Assembly: GCF_006345805.1 (NCBI RefSeq)
Contig: NC_043000.1
Location: 19,096,001-19,160,000, forward strand
Length of the DNA: 64,000 bases
From: Octopus sinensis
Lineage: Eukaryota
Reading direction: 5' to 3'
This document shows, piece by piece, positions 12,731-25,315 of this stretch. The stretch's first letter is position 1. Each line of letters begins with the position of its first letter. The notes under the pieces are model-generated. The model was not told where the DNA came from, did not search any database, and was given only the letters and a program-made list of their open reading frames with translations. The translations under genes were made by a program, and so were the position numbers.

Positions 12731-13830
12731 ATCACTAAAATGACAGAGGGGTACAAGATGGCACTGGCATTGCTAGAAATAAGCATCAAACCGACTCATT
12801 AGTCACGTTATTATGTTAATAAGCTGAAAAGAGCGACAAAGCTTCCCGTAGTCGCAGACACAGCCATATCACCGGTGATTTTGAATTTTGATGCCGGGCA
12901 TCTTAATTCTCATCAGTGGCTCTTACCCATATCTAGGGTTAAAGTCAACCCACCTTGTCAACTTAGAAGAAAAACCATTGAAAACCCTGTTCTGATTTCA
13001 AAACTATAAATTATATGGGTGGCTCATTGATAAATTAACAACCCAAAGGTAAATTCATAGATGTCAGTAAAGTGACAGGGGGTACAAACTGGTACTGGCA
13101 TTGCTAGAAATAAGCTTTGTCGCCTGTGTCAGCTTATCAAGATAGTGTTCTTGTGGCTAATGAGTCAGTTTGACTCTTATTTCTAGCAGTGCCGGTATCA
13201 CTTTGTACTCTATGTCACTCTAGTCATGTCTATAAATTTGCCTTTAGGTTGTTAAATTGCTAATAAGCCACCCATATTATTTATGGATGATGATGATGAT
13301 GATGTACATATCTTTATATATAAAAGTAAGGTTGTGTGTCTGTCTCCTACGATTTAGATTTCTAACTACTCCCACATTTTGTGGTGCAGTTTAACCAAAA
13401 CCGGGTATCTTATAGTCGTGATTCATATCGAGCCCTTCTGGGTATTAGCATGCGTCTACGATGAGTCTACGATTTACAAAAAAATTTACCATCATTTTTT
13501 TCCATTTTAATGCATTTATTTCGCTATTATATAAGGGAAGTAACTCTCTAAAAATGTCTACGATGAGTCAACGATTTAAAAAAAAATTTACCATCATTTT
13601 TTTCCATTTTAATGCATTTTTTTCGCTATTATATAAGGGAAGTAACTCTCTAAAAATGTCTACGATGAGTCAACGATTTAAAAAAAAATTTACCATAATT
13701 TTTTTTCCATTTTTAATGCATTTTTTGCTATTTTTTGGCTATAACTCTCTAAAAATGCTTATATAGTTATTTCCCTTACAAACCCGAGCAACGCCGGGCA
13801 ATACTGCTAGTTATATATATATGTTTACTT

Positions 13831-13873
<43 letters not shown>

Positions 13874-16800
13874 GAGATTTTATTTTTTATTTTTTTAATA
13901 TTCACTTTACCCTCTTCAAAGTATTTTATTTTTTTCCAAACTACTATCATTTGTCTCAAACCCTTTTCTCCTCTGCAAGTATTCTAACTGTAACCTGTGT
14001 GGTAAGTAGCTTGTTTACCAACCACATGGTCCCGGGTTCAGTCCCACTGCGTGGCACCTTGGGCAAGTGTCTTCTACTTTAGCCTCGGGCCGACCAAAGC
14101 CTTGTGAGTGGATTTGGTAGACGGAAAGTGAAAGAAGCCTGTCGTATATATGTATATATATATATGTATGTGTGTGTCTGTGTTTGTCCCCCTAGCATTG
14201 CTTGACAACCGATGCTGGTGTGTTTATGTCTCCGTTACTTAGCGGTTCGGCAAAAGACACCGATAGAATAAGTACTGGGCTTACAAAAGAATAAGTCCCG
14301 GGGTCGAGTTGCTTGATTAAAGGCGGTGTTCCAGCATGGCCGCAGTCAGATGACTGAAACAAGTAAAAGAGTAACCTATTTATATCAGCTTGTTTCCTAA
14401 TTTCCCAGTCTAAAGCTTTCATTTAACTTCCAATTTATTCCATATCATTTATCATTGCCACACCTTGTGCATTTCTATCTATTATCTTATGTCTGACCTT
14501 GAGTTTGAGGTTTAATCTCCGTCTGATACTTCTATACTATTCATCAGTCAAATGCTTTCCTAATTTTCTCTTTCACTGTTATTATATATACTTCAAATAC
14601 TTATTACAATATATGCTATCTTATCAGTTTTACTTGTTTTTAATGTGGTTCTGGTCTAGTTTTCTAATTGTACTGCATTTAACCCTTTAGTGTTCGCATT
14701 ATTCTGCCAAAGTTAATGCTTTTTCATCCACATTGCCTTGAACTAATCATGCATTAATCTTGTAGCTATGAGATTATGGTGAGGTAGCTGTTAATTTTTC
14801 AAACGATATTGTAGGGTTGGTGTGAGAGACCAGATCTGGCCAGTTTGACCATATAACAGGCAGAGTACTTTTGGCCGGATATGGCCGGTTTAAATGCTAA
14901 AGGGTTAAATGTACCTTAATACTTTGAATTTTAATGAATTTTTCTCTTCTTAGAAGTAGCTTTGCCACATTTGCTGAATCTGATTTACATTTTGATATCA
15001 TTACTGAATCTATGTAGATAGCAGTAACTTCTATAAATGAAAACCTGCTAAAACAAGCAGGTTCTAAGATTGAACCTTGTTAAAGTTAAGTTTACTGTTC
15101 TTCTATTTTGAGCAAGATGAAATAAGTATCTATTTCTTTACTACCCACAAGGGGACAAACAAGGACAGACAAAGGGAATAAGTCGATTACATCGACCCCA
15201 GTGTGTAACTGGTACTTAATTTATCGACCCAGAAAGGATGAAAGGCAAAGTCGACCTCGGCGGAATTTGAACTCAGAAAGTAGCGACAGATGAAATACGG
15301 CTACGCATTTCACCTGGCGTGCTAACAGTTCTGCCAGCTCGCCTAAGTATCACTCAAGCATTGGGGTTATCTAAAACAAATGCACTGTCCCCCTAATGAA
15401 ACTTTATGGTTAAGTTAGAAGCTATTATCTTACAAAATTATTGAAGATTTCCCCACTTCAACATGATATGATTTCTGTATTGCCTTAGTCTATTATATAA
15501 AATCTGTTCTTTCTGTCTGTGTGTGTGTTCAAGGATCTCGGACATCCTCTATCCAATTGCGCTCAAATTTGATATGTAGATACCAACGGTATCAGGGCAT
15601 GTGTAAGTCTTGAAAAAATTACAAAAATTAATTCCAGGTGAGAATGCGATTGATAAAGTGAATAAAATCGTTTTTCTTTGGAATAGAAAAAAGTCTATCT
15701 TTATTTCTTCTTTTGCTGGTGTCTCAAATTTAGGTTAAATCAGTGTTTCTCAGAGGGGAGGCCTATGGGACGGTCGGACAAGTTGTTTTGAGAAAATTTG
15801 GTTTAAATGTTTGACAACTCAGCACCGTCCATTGGACAGGGGGCGTTTTGCTTGTATATACTATGATGCCAGTATCTTAAAGTCAGAAGTGGTATGTTAT
15901 TGAAAGGTTTAAATGGCATAGTCTACTAATCACTGACATGGTTAGAGTTATTTGTCTGTTTACTTGTTTCTTTATTCACTCATTCATATTTATCTAAAAG
16001 AAGCTACTAGTTCACATCTGTACTATACATCCATTCCAATACATTTCTTCCTTCCTCCAGTAAGAGATATTTGTTTTCTAAATGAGCACCTAACTTGTTG
16101 GAGAGTATAGTGTTTATAGTGGAGGCGCAATGGCCTAGTGGTTAGGGCAGCGGACTCGCAGTCATAGGATCGCGGTTTCAATTCCCAGACTGGGTGTTGT
16201 GAGTGTTTATTGAGCGAAAACACCTAAAAGCTCCACGAGGCTCCAGCAGGGGATGGTGGTGATCCCTGCTGTACTCTTTCACCACAACTTTCTCTCACTC
16301 TTACTTCCTGCTTCTGTTGTACCTGTATTTCAAGGGGCCGGCCTTGTCACTCTCTGTGTCACGCTGAATATCCCCGGGAACTACGTTAAGGGTGCACGTG
16401 CCTGTGGAGTGCTCAGCCACTTACACGTTAATTTCACGAGCAGGCTGTTCCGTTGATTCGGATCAACCGGAACCCTCATCGTCGTAACCGACGGAGTGCT
16501 TCCATCCAGTGTTTATAACATCGTACATAGTTTGTATTTCCAAGCATAACTATGTGGTTTAGAAATAATAATAATTATAATTATAATCATAACAACACCA
16601 ACAACAACAGCAACAACAGTAATAATAATAATAATAATAATATTAATAAAATGTCAACTGTTTGAGTGCATGACTTTATTCCACTTTGTGGCACCTTGGC
16701 CAAGTGTCCTTTTCTATAGCCTTGGGCAGACCAAAGCCTTGTGAGTGGATTTGGTAGACAGAAACTGAAAGAAGACTGTCATATATGTATATATAGTTAT

Positions 16801-17255
16801 GTGTATGTGTCTTTGTGTCTGTGTTTGTCCTTCATCATCGCTTGTCAACTGATGTTGGTATGTTTATGTCTCTGTAACTTAGTGGTTTGGCAAATGAGAT
16901 CAATAGGATAAGTACTAGGCTAACAAAGAATAAGTCCTGTGGTCATTTTGTTCAACTAAACCCTTTAAGGTGGTGCTCCAGCATGGCTGCAGTCAAAATG
17001 ACTGAAACATGTAAAAGACAAAAAAACTAAACATTTTACTCTTTACTCTTTTACTCTTTTACTTGTTTCAGTCATTTGACTGCAGCCATGCTGGAGCACC
17101 GCCTTTTAGTCGAGCAAATCGACCCCGGGACTTATTCTTTGTAAACCCAGTACTTATTCTATCGGTCTCTTTTGCCGAACTGCTAAGTCTCGGGGACATA
17201 AATACACCAGCATCGGTTGTCAAGCGATGCTAGGGGGACAAACACAGACACACAA

Positions 17256-17321
<66 letters not shown>

Positions 17322-18636
17322 ACATATATACGACAGGCTTCTTTCAGTTTCTGTCTACTAAATCCACTCACAAGGCATCGGTCGGCCTGGGGCTATAGCA
17401 GAAGACACTCGCCCAAGATGCCATGCAGTGGGACTGAACCCTCAACCATGTGGTTGATTAGCAAGCTACTTACCACACAGCCACTCCTGCGCCTATTGCA
17501 TATATGTATAAAATTATTAAGGTGGCTATTTCTATTATTGTATTTTCTTTGTCTATTTTGGGCTGGTTTCAGGTAAGAGATGACAAACTCTATGGGGATC
17601 AGACCACTTTCTCCTCACACACCCTTGGCTACTTTGTCAAATCAGGCACAAACAACTGATTAGGTTAACCAGTGTTTAGGTTTGGATCTGAACAAACTAG
17701 TTATTGGTTGCATTTAGTTATTGTTTCCTGAGGTTATTCACTTTTTCTTTGTTTAATAAGTTTTGCATCAATCTTCAAGAATAATTGCTTTTGTGAAATC
17801 ATTTTTTTTTTTTCATATTTTTTTCTGTTTCTATTAAATTTTCCTATTTATTCTATTATGATTTCTCTCTTACTTTGTATCTACCGAATTCTTTGAAGAT
17901 AAAAATAGTATTTTCTTTTGTTTCTCTTCCACAGATATTTCTATTAGTTTTCCATCGTTCTTTATTAGATATTTTAGTTGTATTACTATGGACATTTATA
18001 ATAGTTTTTTATGTACTGCCTCCTTGTACTCATGGTAAATACAGTCTTTCTGTTATATTTTAATTGTGTGTTCTAAATAGTATATTCTGAAAGCAGATTT
18101 TATCTTCTAGATTTTCTGTCTCATCTTGCAAATCTGTTTTGCATATACTTGAGAACATTTTACTATAACTTATTTGTTGAAGAGTTGCTGTAGTGACGCT
18201 CATTTTGTATATTTTGTGGAGTTAGTTCTGTATGATACATTAATTCTGTGTACAGAATTAATGCACCTACAATATTCTTTTTCAAACTTTTCTTTGATAC
18301 ATGTATATATGTGGCACGTAAAATGCACCAATCCGACCATGGCCGATGCCAGCCTCACCTGGCACCAGTGCAGGTGGCACGTAAAAAGCACCCACTACAC
18401 TCACGGAGTGGTTGGCGTTAGGAAGGGCATCCAGCTGTAGAAACATTGCCAGATAAGACCGGAGCCTGGTGCAGCCTTCTGGCTTCCCAGATCCCCGGTT
18501 GAACCATCCAACCCATGCTAGCATGGAGAACGGACGTTAAACGATGATGATGACGATGATGATATTTAGTCCGTTTACTTCATTGGCTCTTAAAGATTTG
18601 TTGGCCTGTATTTATTGTATTTCTCTGTTTACATAC

Positions 18637-18711
<75 letters not shown>

Positions 18712-19086
18712 AATATAGAAATATAATTAAGGGCTCCTAAATAAGGATGCCAAGTGCTAGGGACACAAAAAAGGGATAAATTTATCGAGAGTGAAAATCA
18801 AAAACATTTACCAATAACGATACATCCCGGACTGATCAGTTTCTACTGCTTTCTAGCAAAACAGACAGAATATGTTTGCTAAGGCCGGTTTCATCAGCGA
18901 GACACCTAAGTTAAATCGAGATGCGCAGCTCATTAGACCACTTGGCATCCTTATTTAGGAGCCCTTAATTATATTTCTATATGAATAATATTTTTCTATA
19001 TGAATAATATTTTGTCTAATGATTAATTCGTCCTTTGTGCTGGGCTACTGGTAGTAATCTATATTATTACCCTTTTGATTATATAC

Positions 19087-19142
<56 letters not shown>

Positions 19143-22100
19143 TATATGTGTATGTGTGTATCTCTTTCTCTCTCTCTCTATGTATGTATATTTATATACA
19201 CACATATATATATAATATATATATATACGTGTGTGTGTGTGTATATATTCATTTATTTATTTATATATATATGTATGTATGTATGCATGTCTGTATGTAT
19301 ATATGCAAATGATTCCATTTAGCCCACAAACATACTCATATATATCTGTATGTAAATGTTTTATATATGTAGAGAGAAAGATTGGTAGATAAATAGATAG
19401 AAATACACACATGCATGCATGTGCATACACACACACACACACATCGTTGTATTAAAGTTTCTTAAGAATTCTTATGAACATCAATGGAATTTGTATCTTT
19501 GTGGTACCAGTGCCGGTGGTACCAGTGCCGGTGGCACGTGGCACATAAGAAAACCATCCGAACGTGGCCGTAGCCAGTACCGCATCGACTGGCCTCCGTG
19601 CTGTGGGCACGTAACAAGCACCATCCGATCGTGGCCGTTTGCCAGCCTCATCTGGCACCTGTGTCGGTGGCACATAAAAACACCATCCGAGCGTGGCCGT
19701 TTGCCAGCCTCGTCTGGCACCTGTGTCGGTGGCACATAAAAACACCATCCGAGCGTGGCCGTCTGCCAGCCTCGTCTGGCACCTGTGTCGGTGGCACATA
19801 AAAAACACCATCCGAGCGTGGCCGTTTGCCAGCCTCGTCTGGCACCTGTGTCGGTGGCACATAAAATCACCCACTACACTCTCGGAGTGGTTGGCGTTAG
19901 GAAGGGCATCCAGCTGTAGAAACACTGCCAGATCTGACTGGACTGGTGCAGCTTTCGGGCTCCCCAGACCCCAGTTGAACCGTCCAACCCATGCTAGCAT
20001 GGAAAGCGGACGTTAAATGATGATGATGATGATGATGATGATGATCTTGTGGTAGGTGCTGTATTGTTTTCTATTTTAATATTCCCAAGTTTTCTATAAA
20101 AAAAAAATGCTTGGCTTGAAGTCAAACTATTTGTCTTGTTCAAACAACTGTTGGCACTTTTTATACAAATGGATTATTTATAACTTAGCAAGGACCTCTC
20201 TATAAAACGTTCTTTGATTTCAGATACTTTATTTTTTTCAGGTGTGGTGTTTTGATATTGATTTCAAAGTTTTCTCTTTCTTTCGTCTGTTTGTTTTCCT
20301 ACTTTGAGTTTTTTTTATATTCCTGTATGAGTAGATTTGGGGGAATACCTGCTTAACTTTGTAATTACCTTGCTTGCTGTATGTATTTAATTTAAGCAGA
20401 TGTTGTCGGCGTTCCTACCTGCTTTTATTAAATCTTTAGTGGTCAGCTTTCTACCTTTCATTAGTGTTGCTATTTTATACTTGGGTACTTATGAGGTCAT
20501 CATCGTCATTGCTGAGGTCATTGTCATCGTCACTGTCGTCGTTGACCTCCTCCTCCTCCTCATTATCATCATCATCATCACCACCATCATCCTCATCCTC
20601 ATCAACTGTATACATGTACAGCAACGATTTAGATAGTAAGGACAAATATCTAATAATTTAGCCTCTACATTTTCAATTGACCTGCTAGAAATAGCAGTGA
20701 AATCACTCTCAAATCACTCATTGGACACTGCAGTCTTGAGTATGCAAAGAAGGGAATGGTAAAAGTGTTCAAGTTTTGACCATAGTACATAATATGTCTG
20801 CTCAATCAGGGTTGACTTGGTGCTAAGGAATAATGAAACAATAATATAATGCTGACAAGACTTAAAGAAAAAAAGCTTTATGTTTTTTTCTTTTCTTTCT
20901 AATTTATTGTATAGACTAAAGGACAATAGTCATAAATAAATTAAAATGTCTTACCTTCCTCTTTTCAAAGAATTGATATCCATCTTCCACAACCTAGTAT
21001 TATAAAAAAAAGGTACATATTGATCAAATATACATGTACAACAGGGTAAAGTGACACTAATATTTTACATTCATGTACATACATACATATACATAAATAC
21101 ATACATACACACATGTGCACACTTCCAAGGAATCTAATGCTCTTAGCTTAGTTTTTCCTTGGGGCTGGCCAGATTGGAGCAATCTCAAGATTAATCAGCC
21201 GAAATTGCAAGGATGATCCAGTTCTTGACTGAAGATAAAAGCTTCGAATGACTCATCCGTTTTTTTGTATCGTGTATCTGGATGTTTTGTTGTCCCCTTT
21301 TGTATCACCTAATTGTCCGGATGCTTTGCATTCTTGTCCCATTTTGTATTGCAAAACAGGTGCAGCAAACAGCCACAAAATACCTGATGCACAAAAGAGA
21401 TAGGGATGAATGCAAATGTCCTAAATGTGACAATTAATATAGGTTTGATGGAATAAACACTTTAAATGACCGCCACATCTTAAGTAGGCATTACTCAAAA
21501 AATTTTCTTTTGTATTATCTGAATATGATACATGATGTCATGACTACATAAGGGAATATAATGAAAAATAATTTTGAAATGAGAAAAATTAAAATCTATA
21601 GTGACTTGAAAGTCATATTACACATAATTCAAAAGAATACTACTGGAATATTCCAGTCAAGTACATCAGACCAAACAATTATGATCTAGGACAAAGGCGG
21701 CAAGCTAGTAGAATCATTAGCATGCTGGGCAAAATGCTTAGCGGTATTTCGTCTGTGGCTACGTTCTGAGTTCAAATTCCACTGAAGTCAACTTTGCCTT
21801 TCATCCTTTCGGGGTCAATAAATTAATTACCAGTTACGTACTAGGGTCGATCTAATCGACTGGCCCCCTCTCCAAAAATTTCAGGCCTTGTGCCTAGAGT
21901 AGAAAGAATTAGGATCTGAGACAGAAGAAGAAACTATAGGCAGTAGTTGAAATCAGTTGCTCAGCAATTGGCAACATAATGTTAAGAAATCTCTATTACT
22001 CTATCAAGGTTATAACTTTAGATTTCTAGCAATTTCATTGGAGCACTTGCATATTTGTCTCAGTACCAATCTTGAGAGTTGGTACTCTCAAAAATAGGGG

Positions 22101-22355
22101 TGGAAATCATGCCTGATCAGAAGATTACAGTTACAAGCTGTTGAAGGTACTGGCAAGGTATACAAAACATTCTTAAAGTTTAGCATGTAATAAGGTCTGC
22201 ATATGCAATGACATCCATGCTGCACCATATGTATGTGGATATATCTGTTCATATATACATGTACACATACGTGTCAACATACATACATACATGCATACAA
22301 GACAGCCAGAGAGACAGACATACATACATAAACACATACATACACATATGCATGC

Positions 22356-22392
<37 letters not shown>

Positions 22393-23421
22393 CGTATGTA
22401 CATGCTTTTGCAAAACAGGTGCAGCAAACAGCCACAAATACCTGATGCACAAAAGAGATAGGGATGAATGCAAATGTCCTAAATGTGACAATTAATATAG
22501 GTTTGATGGAATAAACACTTTAAATGACCGCCACATCTTAAGTAGGCATTACTCAAAAAATTTTCTTTTGTATTATCTGAATATGATACATGATGTCATG
22601 ACTACATAAGGGAATATAATGAAAAAATAATTTTGAAATGAGAAAAATTAAAATCTATAGTGACTTGAAAGTCATAATTACACATAATTCAAAAGAATAC
22701 TACTGGAATATTCCAGTCAAGTACATCAGACCAAACAATTATGATCTAGGACAAAGGCGGCAAGCTAGTAGAATCATTAGCATGCTGGGCAAAATGCTTA
22801 GCGGTATTTCGTCTGTGGCTACGTTCTGAGTTCAAATTCCACTGAAGTCAACTTTGCCTTTCATCCTTTCGGGGTCAATAAATTAATTACCAGTTACGTA
22901 CTAGGGTCGATCTAATCGACTGGCCCCCTCTCCAAAAATTTCAGGCCTTGTGCCTAGAGTAGAAAAGAATTAGGATCTGAGACAGAAGAAAGAAACTATA
23001 GGCAGTAGTTGAAATCAGTTGCTCAGCAACTGGCAACATAATGTTAAGAAATCTCTATTACTCTATCAAGGTTATAACTTTAGATTTCTAGCAATTTCAT
23101 TGGAGCACTTGCATATTTGTCTCAGTACCAATCTTGAGAGTTGGTACTCTCAAAAATAGGGGTGGAAATCATGCCTGATCAGAAGATTACAGTTACAAGC
23201 TGTTGAAGGTACTGGCAAGGTATACAAAACATTCTTAAAGTTTAACATGTAATAAGGTCTGCATATGCAATGACATCCATGCCTGCACCATATGTATGTG
23301 GATATATCTGTTCATATATACATGTACACATACGTGTCAACATACATACATACATACATGCATACAAGACAGCCAGAGAGACAGACATACATACATAACA
23401 CATACATACACATATGCATGC

Positions 23422-23468
<47 letters not shown>

Positions 23469-23946
23469 TATATATATATATACATACATATATACATATA
23501 CACATACATACATACATACATACATACACACATAAACATACATATATACATGCATAGTATATATAAACATAACAACTGTCTACGATTATCTAATGTATAT
23601 AATGGATTTTTATGTATTTATGAATGCCATGACAACTAAAATCCACATGTTATCTCATAGTAATATTAATATTAAATTTTAAGTTCTAATTTCAAGGTTT
23701 ATCTTTTAAACTCTATCAGCATTATGTTTTACTGGCACTTTAGTTTAAAACTTTAATACTATCAAGTGTGGCTGTGTGGTATGAAGCTTGTTTCTCAAAC
23801 AAATGGTTTTGAGTTCAGTCCCACTGAGTAGCACTCTGGGCAAGTATTTCTACTATAACCTCGAGCGGACCCAAGCCTTGTGAATGTATTTGGTATACGA
23901 AAACTGAAAGAAACCCGCAGTATATATATATATATATATAACTGTG

Positions 23947-23981
<35 letters not shown>

Positions 23982-24109
23982 GGTGTCCCCAAAAAATGTA
24001 TACACACCTTAAATAATTGTAAATTTGTTATTCTTTGTAAGCCTAGTACTTATTCTATCGTTCTCTTTTGCCGAACCACTATGTGTATACATTTTTGTGG
24101 GACACCCTG

Positions 24110-24175
<66 letters not shown>

Positions 24176-25257
24176 TGTATGTATGCATGTATGTATGTAT
24201 GCATGTATGTGTGTATGTGTGTGTGCCTTTATGCTTGTGTTTGTCCTACCACCGCTTGACAACTGATGTTGGTGTGTTCAAAGGCCCTGTAACTTAGCGG
24301 TTCGGCAAAACAGACCGATATAATAAGTACCCGGTTTAAAAATAATTATTGGTGCAGATACATTCGGCTAAAAATTCTTCAAGGTGTTGCCCCAGCATGG
24401 CCGAAGCCTAATGACTGTCACAAGTGGGAAGCACTCCGTCGGTTACGACGATGAGGGTTCCGGTTGATCCGAATCAACGGAACAGCCTGCTCGTGAAATT
24501 AACGTGTAAGTGGCTGAGCACTCCACAGACACGTGTACCCTTAACGTAGTTCTCGGGGATATTCAGCGTGACACGGAGAGTGACAAGGCCGGCCCCTTGA
24601 AATACAGGTACAACAGAAACAGGAAGTAAGAGTGAGAGAAAGTTTTGGTGAAAGAGTACAGCAGGGATCACCACCATCCCCTGCCGGAGCCTCGTGGAGC
24701 TCTTAGGTGTTTTCGTTCAATAAACACTCACAACGCCCGGTCTGGGAATCGAAACCGCGATCTTATGACCGCGAGTCCGCTGCCCTAACCACTGGGCCAT
24801 TGCGCCTCCCTGTTACAAGTAAAAGGTATGTAAATCTATCGATGGAAGAGAAACTATGCATTCCCAGAAATTTCGAAATATTTACCTGGTGCGCACGAAC
24901 CATTAAACTGCAATCAAGCTTCTTTAAATATTCCCGAACAACGTCTCCTCCAAAGGTAAAGGAAACTCCGCGATCGTTCTCACCCCAACCAGCGATATCC
25001 TTAAAGAGATTACGTGAAGAGGAAAAAGTATTAAGAAAGAAAGGAAAGGGGAGATGGTAAAAATAAAATTTAAAAATTCAATCATTACAAGAAAAAAATC
25101 TTTCAGTGGCTGTGTGGTAAGTAGCTTGTTTACCAACCTCATGGTTCCGGGTTCAGTCCCACTGCGTGGCACCTGGGCAAGTGTCTTCTGCTATAGCCCC
25201 GGGCCGACCAAAGCCTTGTGAGTGGATTTGGTAGACGGAAACTGAAAGAAGCCTGTC

Positions 25258-25315
<58 letters not shown>

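Noticed and set aside
17590-17610. WSDP codons on the minus strand
   Set aside because: No surrounding PP1 similarity or splice sites; the real motif is in exon E
19419-20016. Overlapping 100-180 aa ORFs with repeated motifs; spaced repeats superficially CRISPR-like
   Set aside because: Contiguous 62-bp minisatellite with no unique spacers, in eukaryotic DNA with no cas genes
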